This document shows positions 1-13,747 of a stretch of 64,000 bases of DNA, piece after piece. Origin of the DNA: Camelus dromedarius (lineage: Eukaryota); assembly GCF_036321535.1 (NCBI RefSeq), contig NC_087436.1:102612001-102676000 (forward strand), written 5' to 3'. The stretch's first letter is position 1, and each line of letters opens with the position of its first letter. Under the pieces are notes generated by a model. The model ran no database searches. It worked only from the letters and a program-made list of their open reading frames with translations, and had not been told where the DNA came from. A program made the position numbers and the translations under genes.

Positions 1-89
1 GTGGTAAAATAAAACAATGAGTGGTAGAAGATTAATTTCCATTTCCTAGCCCCTCTTTAAATTTTGTTACAATAAAGATAGATCAAATT

Positions 90-670
90 CTTAATTCATT
101 TAGTGAACAGTGTATCCACTCTGAACCATGTGCAGGCTAGGAGCATAAAAGGGTGTACAATGGAGAATAAAATAAAATGGACTCTGCTATTATGAAACTT
201 ACAGTAAAGCAGGGGAAGACAGACATCATTCACATAACTACCAAAATTATACATCATAGTAAGAGCTATAAAGGAAAATAATAGGATCTATAAAACAAAA
301 TTGGGGCTGAGGTAGACTATAATTTAGATTGGGGATCCATTAAAGTGTCCTGTTAAAAGTGACATTTATCAGAGAGTTAAAGTTTGAATAAAAAGCAAAT
401 ATATTGCAAGTATGGGAAAGAGAAGGCCAGAAAGAAAGAATGATACTTGAAAATGCCTTAAGGTGGAAAACAGGCTGGTATCTGAAGGAAACAAAGTATC
501 AGTGTGGTTGAGAGAGGGGTAATGATTCTCCACTAGGTTGCAGAGGAAGACGGGCAGTTGACTTGTCTGGCTGAGTACACCTTGATGAGAATTATACATT
601 TTATATTCTAAGTACCCAGTGAGTCAGTCAGGGGAATTAAGGAAGTTGAAAGTATGGTTCAATACATACT
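90..670 (-). mobile_element. L2 LINE 3' fragment
   Basis: Degenerate L2 3'-end motifs in reverse orientation (ttcatttagtgaacag...gaaacttacagt...ggggaagacagacat...); boundaries approximate. Confidence 0.6.
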
Positions 671-689
671 TCCTTTTTCTTTTTTTTTT

Positions 690-1745
690 TTTTTTTAGTT
701 AAGTATATTTACAGGCATAAAGTGCAACAGTCATAAATGTATATTTTCATTTGTCAGGTCTCTTCATAGAATCTGGAAACAGTGGGAGATAGATAGACAG
801 GTGACAGATAGATTTATCATGAGGAATTCTCTGACATCATTACAGAGGTTGAGAAGTCTCATGATCTGATGGGTGCAAGCTGGGGACCCAGCAAAACCAA
901 TAGTATAATCAGTCTGAGAACCAGGGGAGCTCATGTGGTGTAAATCCCAGTTCCCCAGTCAAAGAGCTGGAGAAAGTGAGATGAGATGTCCCAGCCCAAG
1001 CAGGCAGGCAGGCAGGCAGGAAGCAAAACAGGGCAAATTCCTCCTTCCTCTTGCATCATTTTACTCAGACTCTCTGGGGGTTGGACAATGCCCACGCATA
1101 TTCAAAAGGGTCATGTGCTTTATTGAGCCCACCAATTCAAATGCTAACCTTATACAGAAACACCATCACAGACACACCCAGACTTTGGGCACCCCATGGC
1201 CGTGACACATAAAACTAACCATCACAGTATTCAAAGAATAATAACTAAGAGAATACAGCCTTGTAACCGTACCTGTTGTCAGAGACCACCCCAGAACTTC
1301 TCCCTGACTTTATCCTATCCTTTGTCTGGAGTCCATCATCTTCTTGACACCCAATATTTTAGATTAGTTTTGCCTCTTTAAAACTTAACATAAATGGAAT
1401 CATGTAGTAAATATTCTGTGTCTGGGTTATTTTGTTCTGTTATGATTCTGCCTGCAGCAGCAGTAGTATACTCCATCTATTTCCTGTGTAATAGTCTGTA
1501 TTCTATACCTCAATTTATTTATTCTATTTTTAGTGGGCATTTAAGCTACACTTGGTCTTTTTGTAAAGCTACTGTATCCATCAATATGCTTGTAATTTTG
1601 TTGCACTTGTGCACACATTTTTGTTGAACATACACAGAGGAGACAAATTATGGGACCAAAGGGCATATGTATATTCGAATTTATTAATAGTAATAGAACA
1701 GTTTTCAAGGCCTGTTGTGCTCAATTGCACTTCCACTAGCAGAAT
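690..1745 (-). mobile_element. Ancient L1 (L1M-type) 3' fragment interrupted by an MLT2 LTR
   Basis: T-rich start, then L1M 3'UTR-like motifs (ataaatggaatcatgtag, gcacttccactagcagaatg) on both sides of the LTR. Confidence 0.55.
752..1226 (-). mobile_element. MLT2-family (ERVL) solo LTR
   Basis: Ends in gggcaccccatggcc...gacacataaaactaaccatcaca, the reverse complement of the MLT2 start; the same motif occurs forward at 60612. Confidence 0.85.
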
Positions 1746-1749
1746 GAAG

Positions 1750-3660
1750 TAAAAGGGGAATAAATTTATTACAGGGGAAAAAAAATAACAAAGAGACTTG
1801 TCTGTTGGGGTTTTGGCACTGGATGGAAAGAAAAAAAAATCTCAAAAAAAAAATCTCTCCTGAGAATTCATACTCACAAAGTGGCCCTCATCTGGGTTTG
1901 CAGCTAGTGAGCTAAAACTTTCGAATTGAGAATTTATTTTTAAGTGATCCCATGTAAGTACCTTCAGGCACCAGAGAGAAGCAAACGCAAGTACTCTCCA
2001 GAGAAATGCTTCTTTCAGTCAGGCCTTACAAAAATCCCATAGATAATGTTCCAGAAGAAATAAAACCACAGTTTAAAAAAAATTACACAGCCAATAATAA
2101 AAGAAACAATCACGAGCAAGAACTTAGGAAACAAGAGACAGAAAAGTCAGATTGCCAAAAAGTACAGATATAGGGGTTATAAGACATTAAAATTTAATGA
2201 AGTATACATTATTTTAGATAAATAGATAAAATAATTAAGTTATGAATACTTAGGAGACAATGCAAATATCTGAGGAGATAAGAAAAAGGATTGACTAAAA
2301 TGCATACTGAATTATATAGATGAATAAATTTTGCAAATAGAATCACTGAAGAAAAAATGATAAATATATTGAAGAGAAGACAGGAGATACGGATGACTGA
2401 GAAGGTGTAACATGCTTAGATGCGTAAGAAAGAGAAGTGATGATATTCGAAGATACAGTATCCAATAATTTTCCTATGCTTAAAGGGAATAATTATCAGA
2501 CTTAGGAAATCTAATCAATTCTTAACAGCATATGTAAAAAGAAACCTGAACTTAGATTCATCATAGTCAATCTGCACAAAACAAACATTCAAGAAAATAT
2601 TTGAAAATTACATACTGAGATAAAATTAATTGCCTACAAGTCACCAAGATGAGACTGAGCTGACTTTCCAACAGCAATATCACTTCGTATGTTGGGCTAG
2701 GAGAAAATAATTGTGAGCCTAAGAATATACACCCAGTGACTATCTTCCAAGAATAAAGGCAAGATAAACACATGCTTGGATAAATACAAATTTTTCTGTT
2801 TTTTTTGTTTTGTTTTGTTTTCTGCTTGCTGTTTTTTTTTTTTTTTTTACCATCAAAACCGTCATTACAAATATTCTAGGTTATACTCTAGACAGAGGGG
2901 AATGAATCCCAGATAGAAAATTGTTTTGCATGAAAAATCATGAGCCAAGGTATTGGAAATTTATGGGTCTATATAAACAAACACTTATTGAACTAAGCAA
3001 GAATACTTTTATCACATATGAAGGGTGTGTTAGTTTCCTTGAGCTGCTGTAACAAAGTATGACAAACTAGGTTGCTATTAAGGACAAAAATTGGTTTTTT
3101 GTGCTTTGGAAGGTGAGAAGTTCAGCACTCTCTCTGAAGGCTCTAGGAGAGAGTCTGTTCCATGCCTTTCTCTTAGCTTCTGGTGTTGCTGCCAAACCTT
3201 GGCATTCCTTGGCTTGTAGATGCATTGCTCTAGTCACTAGTGTCCAGTCTTTTTCCGTTACCCAATGGTATTCTCATTGTGTGTCTGTGTATCTCTTCTC
3301 TTCTTGTAAAGGTACCAGTCATATTTGATTTAGGTTCCACCCCACTCCTGTGTGACCTCGTTCTAATGTGATTACATCAGCAAAGACCCTATTTCCAACT
3401 GAAGTCACAGTCTCAGACAAGGGGGTTTAGAATTTAAACATGTCTTTCTGGGGGACACAATCAATCCACATAATGGATGAAAATAAGATACTAAAATCTA
3501 AACAAGAATTGAAAAGAAGAGGGAGAACAGTGAATTGAATTAAACTGTTCTTGGGTCCTTGTGATGGTCTAGAGGAGAACACAGTTATTAACTTTACAGT
3601 TCATCATTTGAACACACATGATCAAACTATTATTTGTATATAATCAGTATTTCATGAAAG
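1750..3660 (+). mobile_element. HAL1/L1ME-like 5'UTR-ORF1 remnant, interrupted by an MLT1 LTR
   Basis: A-rich decayed ORF1-like sequence (atgagactgagctgactttccaacagcaat, gagcctaagaatatacacccag); no open frame. Confidence 0.55.
3026..3473 (-). mobile_element. MaLR LTR (MLT1B/C-like)
   Basis: tgtgttagtttcct..gctgctgtaacaaa start; gcaaagaccctatttccaa and ggggacacaatcaa end motifs. Confidence 0.85.
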
Positions 3661-5289
3661 ATTAAAATTAATCAGTGAACATGTTCATGATCCTGGAAGA
3701 ATGGAAGAGTTCTTAGCAGAGATCCTAAAACATAAGCAAATAAAGAGGAAAAAAATTAGATTTTAGAAAATTTCCGTATGTGAACAGAGGAGTTATGTTA
3801 TATGTATGTTTTGCCTCTGATATTATAAAAGCAAAGGAAGCTGTTTTGTAGTTTTGGTAGGATATTTAATACGATCATTAAAGAAAGAAAATGAAAGGTG
3901 TTAACAAAAAATACTGGTAATGGCAAAACAGACCCTCCATATTAGTCAACGTAAGAGAAGTTTCAATCTCTCATCACAACTCAGGTGCCATCATTATAAG
4001 AAGCACAAAGAAAAATTTAGAAATATTTTTCACAAAGAATTTCTAATAAGTAAATTTGTTCTAATTAGATTTTCACAGTCCTATTACAGTGAGCCATGCC
4101 TTAGAACATGAAAATGACTTTGTTGTAGAGAATTGTTCTACCAAATGACACTTGCATCAGTGAACCTTTGTATGATTCAAATAAACAAAACAGTAAATAC
4201 TTTCTTCATGATCTTTCCACCTGAACTTCACAACCTCAACTTCACTTGCCTGGCTTTCCAGAGATAAATATTAGATCCATCTGGATTCCAATAATAACTT
4301 TCCCTCTAACTGGAGACAGTTGGAGCAAGCTAATTTGCTATTTTTACCTGCTAATAACCTTATGTTATGTACATTTCTCTGTTACTTTGTTTAAATAGGT
4401 TATGTCTTTAACAGTGATTGTCTAGAAGTGAGATACGCCGTGTTTTGGGTCACTGTCACCCCTACCAGTTATTCTAATTTTAGGGCATCACAGGCCATAT
4501 GTGAGATGGAACCAGGTTCTCTAAAGTTCCGGCACTGCATTTCACATTCATCAATTATCAAGGGACCTGACTGGAAATTGTGCAATCTTGTGACTGTTCT
4601 TCCTAAGAGAACTCTTTGCTGCAAGGGATTGATAGGTTCTCCCACGTGCAAATTAATTACTTTTGTCACGTATTATCTGTGGCTGGCCTCAGTCTTCTTG
4701 TCAGAAATGACGATATCTGTTCTACATGTAGGTCAGGGAGGAGGACAGGCTGGAAAAGGCTAGGTCTTTCTCTGCTAAGCAATTAGAAGCTGCTTGATGC
4801 TGTGAGTGCCTGCGGATAAATAAAACTACTGTAATTGCAGAGCCATTTTTAGAATTGCACATCCACGGAGACATTTTGACCTGCAGCAATAAACTACTAG
4901 GCAGCACTTGAACTGCTCATATCAGTTAATTAGAAAATGAATACGTAACTGAATAGATTACTTCAACAACCTGCACAAACACAGTGACAGTGTGTTAGCA
5001 CCTCAGACCTCTCCAGTTTTCTTTTGTTCCTCCCTTTTTCTCTTTTTCTTTCAAGAATAACCACCCATCTGTGAATTTTCCATTATAAAGAAGCCAGTGA
5101 AAACAGGTTAATTTTTTTTCCCAATTAACAGATATCAACGCAACGTTTTATTCATGTTTCTTGGACACAGAGAATGTTTCCTGCTTATCTTTGAAGCTCA
5201 CGAAGGGCCAGAATCTTATTAAGTCATTTGTTCTGGCTCTTTCTCCCCCTCATGAGGAAACACGGCCTCCCCAGCAAGGAGTAACTTGA

Positions 5290-6740
5290 ATATTCATTCA
5301 TTTATGTGTTCCACTAACATTATCTTGTGTCTAGTGTGTCAAACAGCATGGTAGTTAGTGTAAATAAAAGAGCAAGATGACACTGGCTCAGAAATCTTGC
5401 TTTTTAGATGGACAAATAGGAAATATATAAAAATGGTCATCGAACATGTGAAATAATGTCAGACATGTACAACTGATGAAATAACAAATGTTTACATGAA
5501 AGACTGTGATACGTGAGTTTAGTTAAGACCGAGTGATCGGGAGACACAACTGCAAGGATGAGTGTTTGCTTCATACACAATGTGGAGTCAAATGTGCTGA
5601 TCAGTGTTTAGAAAGAAAAACATGGGGTTCCATAAGGTTAGAAGATAGGCTGGAGGTAGGTGAGCAGAATGCTATGACGAGCATTTTGGATTTTATTCTA
5701 CATACTACAGAAAACAATTAACAGCTTTAAGCAGGGGAGTTACATGCTTTGACCTGCATTTTAAAAATTAAATATAGGCTGCTATGTGAAGAATGGATTT
5801 CTTCTGGACAAGAGAAATCAATGAATTGATGAAAAATGTGGTCTTTCAGTAGGATAGTGGTAATGGAGATGGAAAGGAGGAAATACCTACATTATGCCTC
5901 ATAAAAGATTAATAAACAGAAACTTCAAATAAGTCTGGGACACCAGAGGGGAGCTCTCCCAACTGTGAAGATAGCAGAGCCAGCCAGGAAGAAGAAATAC
6001 TACTCTTCTTTTCTGGCAAGGACTCAGTCAATGAAAAGCCATAACCTTTGTCCACTATGACCCTCCCAATTTCTCTTTCCTCTCTATAAAATGTTCTCCT
6101 TCTCTTGCCATGTGGGGTTTGCACAAGGCTCACCATGATTGCAGTCCCCGAATTGCAATTCTCGGCTGATCCCTAATAAATCCATCATTGCTGGAGACAT
6201 TTCTGGCAGTCTCTTTGTCTCAGGTCAAGAGTCTTCAGTAATTGATTGAATGATGATGGCATTTCCTAAAATGAAAATCTGGGCAGAACTATATGGAGGG
6301 GAAAATCATGACTGCTGTTTTAAATATATAACTCATGAGATACTTAAGACATATTCAAGTAAATTTGTCAAGCAAGCTATTGTAAATCAAAAAGAGATAT
6401 CTAGGCTAAAGGGTATGTATTTTGGAGTTACTGGCACATAGGTAGTGATTAAAGTCATGGAAATTCATCGGGTCTCTTAAGGAGAGGAACTTTAAGATTT
6501 AGATATCAGGTAAAACATGGATGGAGCTTGTGAAGAGAGGAGAAGTGAGGGAGGAGAAACCCAGGAGAGTGTCATATGATGAGGTACAGGAGTGTTCTAT
6601 GATAAGGTAGAAGATGTGTTTCAGGAAAAAATGAATGATCAATTCTCTTGGACATCACTAACCAATCAAATAAAATGAGGAACTGGAATCAGCTAGTTGA
6701 TTGGTTCATGGAGGATGTTGCTAGTGGTAACCAAAGCAGA
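5290..6740 (-). mobile_element. L2 LINE fragment interrupted by an ERV LTR
   Basis: attcattcattt start; ttttggattttattct, tttaagcaggggagt and tttggagttactggcacataggt L2-like motifs. Confidence 0.6.
5895..6230 (+). mobile_element. ERV1-like solo LTR
   Basis: TG start, TATAAA at 6085-6090, AATAAA at 6175-6180, end caggtcaaga (decayed ...CAACA); interrupts an L2. No clear TSD. Confidence 0.7.
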
Positions 6741-7989
6741 GTTTAGCCAATCACTTGGTAGGTTCTGCTTTCCTGGGAAAGCTTCATTTAGTGCAGCACA
6801 AACTTAACTCACTTAACTCATATACGAGCAAAGTGTATGTCAATAATCCTTTATGATCTCTTCCCTCATGGCACACATTATAAACAAAATGTGCATGTAT
6901 TCATACTAATGTAATTATCTACTCAGAAATGGGACCCTTGACCAGCAAAGGTGGTTCTTCCTGTTAGCATCACCCTTCCACACATACATTAAGTCAGATT
7001 CCAGTTGGAAAGGATGTTTTCTTGATTGCATTTTTCTAGAAACAATCCTACTCAGATTAATAATGAAAGAAATTTATGTCAAGGTGCAGTTTGACTCCCA
7101 GACCACCTGGACTGTATTACCACTGGCAATATAAATCGAACAAAAACTAATTTATAAAACAAGCATTCCGTGATAAGATAAATGGGTAGATACTGCAAAA
7201 TCCTTGAGGATTCTTTTTTATCAGTGATTATATGTGAAAGGAGTTTAACACTGAAGTCATAATATTTTATACCTTTCATGGCCAAATGTGATGGGGATTT
7301 TTTTTAATTTATGAATTTATTTACATAGGTTTATTCAATCTATCTGTTATTTAATAAAGTTTCTTACCTCATCTCCCTACTGAAAGCCCTTACCCTTTTT
7401 ATCTTTCTGGAGTTTTTAGAAGCTGTGGCACATTTTGAAATCATCTTGAAAATATCACTGTGGCACTACATTATGGTTTGCATTCATGATTTTCAAAGTG
7501 GGTATTGAAGTTATAAGGCCCACTTCTCCCAGGGGAAGGGTTATTAGAATCTTAAAGTATTGGGAGATGAGGTGTTTCAAATAATAGCTTTTAAATGATC
7601 AATACTTTGATTTGTGTTTAAATTAGAAACTTAGAAAATAAATATAAAAGGAGGCACAATCTTGCTATATTTTCCAAAATGGAGCTTGTTTAAAAGCTAA
7701 ACAACTGTTTTCTCTTAGAAAGACATCCAACTATTTTTTAAGTTAAGTTGCAATATGTGCAAATTGGGAAAAAAAAAAAACCAAAAGGAACAGAGAAATG
7801 TGAAAGTAATATTCAGTTCTCTCTTTATTACATCCTAGATAATAATTTGTTTTCTGCTCTTCAAGTTGTTATAGTAACTGATAAGTTCATATGTTTACAA
7901 CTTGATTAATGAACTTGAATCAGCAACCACTATGAAAAATGAAGCATTCATTTCACTTTCTCTACTCCAGTTTTCTTTGTCTGTTTTGC

Positions 7990-8400
7990 AACGGTTTAAC
8001 ACTTTAATGTGGGAAACCTCTAACACATAACAGAGCTAAGAGAACTGTATAATACTGTTTCCATTACCTAGATTCAAGAATTACCAGTGGATGGCCAGCT
8101 TTGTTTCATTTATATCCCCCACCACCACCACCAATTCTTACCCACCTCAGATTAGTTTGGAGTGAATTCCACACATCACATTATTTTCTCTCTAAATATT
8201 TTAGTATTCCAATCTAAAATATAGGAATTCTTTTGTTTTGGACATAGTCACAATGCCATTTTCACATTAAAAATTACAATTCATTATCATTAACTATATA
8301 TGAGTTTACTTATTTAACAGATTATTGTATTTTTAAATCAAGATTCATATAAAATAGATACACTAGAATTTGATATGTTAAGTACCTTTTAACCTATGTA
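7990..8400 (-). mobile_element. Ancient L1 (L1MC/ME-like) 3' end
   Basis: cattacctagattcaa, tctaaatattttagtatt and cacaatgccattttcaca motifs. Confidence 0.55.
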
Positions 8401-8497
8401 TTCCCTAACTTTTCTGTCTCTATTTCTCTCACTCTTGTATTGACTATTTATCAAAAATTTAACATATACTCTATTTTTATCTATTATTTGTTACTGA

Positions 8498-8670
8498 GAG
8501 TGCTTGGCTTCAAGCCCAAGTCTGACACTTACTAAGTCTACAGAGAAGTCATTCTAATTCTCAGTGCTTCATTTTTCCCTCTTTTTGTTATGGATTACAA
8601 AATCTTCACAGGGTTGTTGTGAATATTGTTGCAATTTTAAAAACAATGAACTCTAAAGCATCACACAAAT
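8498..8670 (+). mobile_element. MIR SINE
   Basis: Degenerate MIR core (aagtcattctaattctcagtgcttcattttt...cacagggttgttgtga). Confidence 0.55.
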
Positions 8671-10099
8671 GGAACCTCTTTTTGTGAATTTTCTGAATTC
8701 AGATAAACTGAATTATCCTATAACCCTTACATACACCAAAATATAACTAATTTTCATATCGACAGTCACATGTTCACTCTGGTTGGGTTTATCAAACTGA
8801 CAGCTGCACCTGTCTCCATTTCCCTTTCCCTAAAATTGGAGTGAATTTGGCTTCAAAGGAACCACTCCCCTCACCTTAGTGCTTTCTTGATTGACATATA
8901 ATCCAGTGACTTTGAAGATCATGTAATGCATGATAGGTTTACATGTCATGGAAAAGAGATGGCAAGATACAATGGAAAGGACATCAGGGAAGAAATAAGA
9001 AAAACTAATTCAAATTGCAGATCTTTTACTGTTTAATTTGTGATGTGGAGGAAGACGAACAGTGCTGAGTACCCCTAAGAGCAGCATCATATAAAACCAT
9101 TTTAGAATTTAATCCAACACAATCCCATAAAACACACCTGTGGCAGGTTTCTTGCCGTATTTAAAATCTTGTTTTGATCTACAAATTATTGAGTATTAAT
9201 CATGAATTCATTAACTGTGATAACATACATGATAGATGTAATACAGTACTTGGCAAATAATTAAATCAACCTTAATTATTCTTACGACTTTATCCTGTTC
9301 TTCCTCTTTCTTTCTTTCCTTCCCTCCTCCCTCCTTCCCTCCCTAACATCCTTCCTTCTTTTTTTATGCTGTTATCTATTTTAAAAAGAATATTGGCTGT
9401 CTGAGCTCTAAAGTTTATTCCAGCTCAATGACTCAGTGATAAGCTAAGACTGAACATGGAGGTCTCAGAGCTCTCATCATCTCTGAGAATTTACACCATC
9501 ATGTCAAGGGTGGTGCTTTATTCTCTGGGATATAATCACTTGCGTCTTGGTATCAGAAACTTAAGAAGCTAAAATAATGAACTCGAAAATTTGGCTCTTT
9601 TCCTATACCTCGAGCATATCAAAAATACCAAGATGAAGAGTTTGGTCAGATTCCCAGATAAGAAACCTGATTCAAAGAGGTCAAAGAGAAATTAGGGACA
9701 TCTAATATTATAACAAAGCCCTTCTCTAGGATTTTCTATATTTCTCTTTGGTAAGGTTACAAGCAGGAAATAGGTAGTTAACAAATCAAACTGAAGAATA
9801 CCATTATTCTCATTATTATTTCTACCAATTATAATTGTCAAAAGGTATGAAATACAAAGCAAAATTTCTTCCTGATTTTCTCTACAACCCTGAGCCAGAT
9901 TTTTTCAATCTAAAATGTCTTATAAATATGTGAGTCAATTATCAGAAGTTACATGAACTCTTCTGTGGCATTAAGGTAGTATTTTTATTTTAACACCTTT
10001 AATATCAAAGAATTATATAGCTAAAGTCAGGGGTTGGGGGTGGGCATTAGCCTCTTGCATAAGTAAAGGCTGCAGAATCCTTTCCAGAAAATAGATTTT

Positions 10100-10305
10100 G
10101 TAGCTGAAAAGCCAGTTTAAAACCCAGCTTAACCATATGTTGCCCAAGTCACTTGCCAAACCATGTATCCTCCTGTGCCCCAATTACATCTACTATAAGG
10201 TGAAGACAAAAAATGCATCACCCAATTTTGTAGTGAGGAACAAAAATTAGACCATATATAAAGCACCTAACACAAAATTGTGTTCATATGAAATGTTTGA
10301 TAGAA
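10100..10305 (+). mobile_element. MIR SINE
   Basis: Degenerate core and 3' end (tgtagtgagga...tataaagcacctaacaca). Confidence 0.5.
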
Positions 10306-10917
10306 GATAATTTTATAGTTGAATCATTGGCTTTTTATTTCAGTGATCCGAAAAGGGAACCCCAGAGAACGTAGGTGACCTGCCCAAGGTCACACTGCAT
10401 ACTAGTGCTCTTTTAGCTATATGTCACATTTTAGGCTCCTTTACTGATAATTCACTACATTAAAGGGCATTGCTCCGACCTTTACCATTAATAATAACAT
10501 TGGGGTAGCTTGAGAGTTTCTTGAGTATTTCTTCTCATCTCCGCATTTGCAGATAATATGCCAGTCAACTATTTTTATTTGAATTGTCTCCACTGAGCAA
10601 CTAGTAGGAGAATATCATTTTGAAGATTTTCATTTGAAGTGGTAGATTTTTGCACCTCCTTCCAGATTCTGCTTCTTAGTCTTTCATTTTCAATACACAT
10701 GACGTTTAGTGAGACTACCTATGACCGGAGAATGGGTTCACATTCACTAGCAAACCAGAAAGTACAGATGATGTCATATTTGAAACAGCAGGATTGCCTA
10801 AGTATTTTTCATAGTAGAGTTTAAGTGGCTGCTTATTTAAAATTTATGTAAGTTAAGTTATAGGTTACAGAATTAAATTATGATTTTGCTTATGGAATAC
10901 AGCATGGACAAGCCTAC

Positions 10918-11100
10918 TGTTTCTCAACTTTAGTATATGACTCATCAGCATCAAAATCTCCTTGAGCACTTTGTAAAAATGCACTTTTTTAGACATTTTC
11001 ATATATGTGTGAGTCAGAATGTTTTGAGTCGGAACCAATTATCTCCATGATTCACCTACTGCCAGAAATTCCCAAGCCTGTGAAAGTTTTTATTCTTCTG
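10918..11100. mobile_element. MER5-like hAT-Charlie DNA transposon remnant
   Basis: gtttctcaactt...cagcatcaaaatctccttgagcactttgtaaaaatgca...gagtcagaat. Confidence 0.5.
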
Positions 11101-11121
11101 GTCTTAATGCTCAAGGCAAGG

Positions 11122-11310
11122 CTACAGATCTGAGTTTGAATTCTGATACTACCACATTAGAGTTATGGAATATTGGGCAAATTAACCTCATTTCTACTTA
11201 GTTTCCTTATCTGTGAAAAAGAGACAATGTGAGTACCTACCTCATGGAGTTAGTGTAGCATTCAATGAATGAATGCATGAAATGAATTTGGCACTCCACA
11301 GGGAACAGAA
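11122..11310 (+). mobile_element. MIR SINE
   Basis: tctgagtttgaattctg, ttgggcaaatt, agtttccttatctgtgaaa, tacctacctcat. Confidence 0.75.
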
Positions 11311-11999
11311 TGTGGGTCTTGGAAGAACTTCTTGGGTGATTCAGTCATGCCTTGACTCTTTATATTGCAAATCATTAAATTAGATTATGATGTCCCTAAA
11401 GACAGCATCTGGTTCTTTCTATTTCAGTGTCCAGAAAAAGGAATATGTTCAGAAGAGTTCTGCTAATAATACAGATTGTTCAATATTTATTCTAATCTCT
11501 AATTAGAGTATCTCCTCAGACAGGATCCCTAAGACAATAATTTTTTTAAATGTCTGAAATTTGTGTGGATTGCCCTCACTCAGCATAAATACCAGAGAAT
11601 CTTTGATGTCATTCTTCCTTGCTGTATATGAGTAATCACAAAATGTATATTACATGGAGAACTCATCTTGTAAGATGCTACTCAAAAAATTGATACCCAG
11701 TCAAATATGTTGAAAAACGCTGTATCCTTATAAAGTCCTAGAAATTTATTATTCATATTACAGAGTACAAGAAGTCCTATATCAAAGAAATCTGATTTAT
11801 TTTTTTAACTCAGTATTTCTTAAATTTACATGGTTCAAGAACTTTTTTACCACATAATACCTAAAAAGATCCCTTAGCATAAGTAATAGACCTAGTACAT
11901 ACTTTTGTTCATGTAATGTTTTCAAAATTATCCTGTTCCTCAGGCTTTTCTCTTATGTGTGTTCAGAAGCTGACACTGCAATTATAATCTAGTGCATGG

Positions 12000-12195
12000 G
12001 CAGCCATGTCTGGCTTTAAACTCTGATCTTCTTGATCCATCACTTGGATAATCTTAGGTAAGTTAATTAAACTTTCTAGATTTCCATTTTCGCATCTGTA
12101 AAATGGAACTAATTATGAGTGTTTTAGTGTTTTTGTGAGGATTCTATTCCATAGTGTGTTTTAAGTACTCACCCCAGTCTAGTGGCTATAAGAAT
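12000..12195 (+). mobile_element. MIR SINE
   Basis: cttaggtaagttaattaaacttt...catctgtaaaatggaactaat core. Confidence 0.7.
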
Positions 12196-13408
12196 GACCT
12201 GCTAACTTCCTTTATATTGATTTCTATTATTGCCTAGAATTGTAAGAGTAATTTGAAACATCCTTCTTTTGCTTTCATAATAGATTCAAATCACTCCCTT
12301 CCTTTAAACCATCTCAAGTGTCCAATGCAGTAGATTGCATTTCGCTGTCAGAATGAGGCAGGTCATTGCCCATGATCACTCAGAGAAAGACAGCAACTAA
12401 CAAAGTATTAGAACCCAAACTCGTAGTCCAACATGGGGCTTTTTTCAATGTTATCTCAATACTTGCCACTATTTCTCTTCTGAAATGGTTGCTTTCAATG
12501 GCTGCTAAATTTTCAGACAAGTATAATAGGGAAACGGAAGTCAAGCTTGGGGAAAAAAAAAACCATGCATTTTATATGTATCTTGTTCTTTTGAAGGGTC
12601 ATGTGGCAGAGCTGGGCATTATCTTTCCATTATCGCTTTCTCATGCTGACTGCTGACTGTGCTCAGGTGGCAAGGGGAAGTAGTAATTGGGCTAAAATGC
12701 CCTAACCCTCTTGGTAATTAAAAAAAAAAAAAAAGTAATAAAAATAGCTCCTTCCTGAAGCCTTCTTTGTGCACAAAGGCAAAATGTCACCAGGAACAAA
12801 AATAAGGCCTTTAAAAATGATTGGTCACGGCTCCTTCTGACCCCATTCATTGGTCATCTGATTTAGAATGAGCCATACTAATTCACAGCTTGCATTCCAA
12901 AGGCATGACCTCCATGAGCACTTCTAGCCTGGATAGTGTATCTTGTACCCTTAGTGTTTCGAGTGTGATTCATTCTAAAGGAATATATTCTATATAACTA
13001 AATGGAAATGTTAGAACTAGGGAGAGTGTGACCATTGGGTAGGAAAACCCTAGTGAGTTAGGTGTCCCCCAAGATATGGTTCTCAGTTCTTCAATCTCAA
13101 GTTTTTAATTTCTTTCTGTATCTAACAGAACACTAACAATGAATCATGTCCTGGGGACTGAGTCATATTAACCAAGTTAATCAGACTGATAGAAAAGTCA
13201 GGGTTCCATTATATTAACTAAGAATGACATATGTAAATTGTTAAAAGATCTGAAATAATCAAACTTAGTTTGCTTCCCAGTTAGCAGAAGTACAAGGAAA
13301 CCAGACCGTAACATGAAATTTGGTAAGTGAAGGATAAGAACTTCCATGGGAAGAAAGACAATTTAACTTGCTTGTCAGTCATTGCACACTTTAAGTATAT
13401 TTAAATTA

Positions 13409-13601
13409 CAGTTGACCATTGAACAATGAAGGTGTTAATCCTCATATAACTTATAGTTGGCCCTCCATATCTGTGGTTCCTCTTTATCTACAGGTTCAAC
13501 CAACCACAGAAGTTCAAAGTGGCAGAATGTAGTGCTGTAGGATTTACTACTGAAAAATATTCATTTATAAGTGTACCAGCACAGTTCAAACCTCTATTGT
13601 T
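13409..13601. mobile_element. Tigger2-family non-autonomous DNA transposon (right TIR truncated)
   Basis: TA followed by the cagttgaccattgaacaa TIR; internal ggccctccatatctgtggttcc and caaccaaccac; ends at cagttcaaacctctattgtt. Confidence 0.75.
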
Positions 13602-13747
13602 TGCTTATATCTTATTGCAAGAACAAGGATATAGGAGGTCATAACCAAGTTCCTCTCTTGCCCAAGAATATGATTAACAGGTAGAAATTTTTAAGATTTT
13701 GCTGATATGAACTAAATTGTTTCTTGACTGGGTCTTCTCTTTCAAAT

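Noticed and set aside
11650..11880. Possible hAT-Charlie remnant
   Set aside because: Similarity too faint to support a call without alignment.
12765..12778. 14-bp palindrome ctttgtgcacaaag
   Set aside because: A few palindromes of this length are expected by chance in 64 kb of AT-rich DNA.
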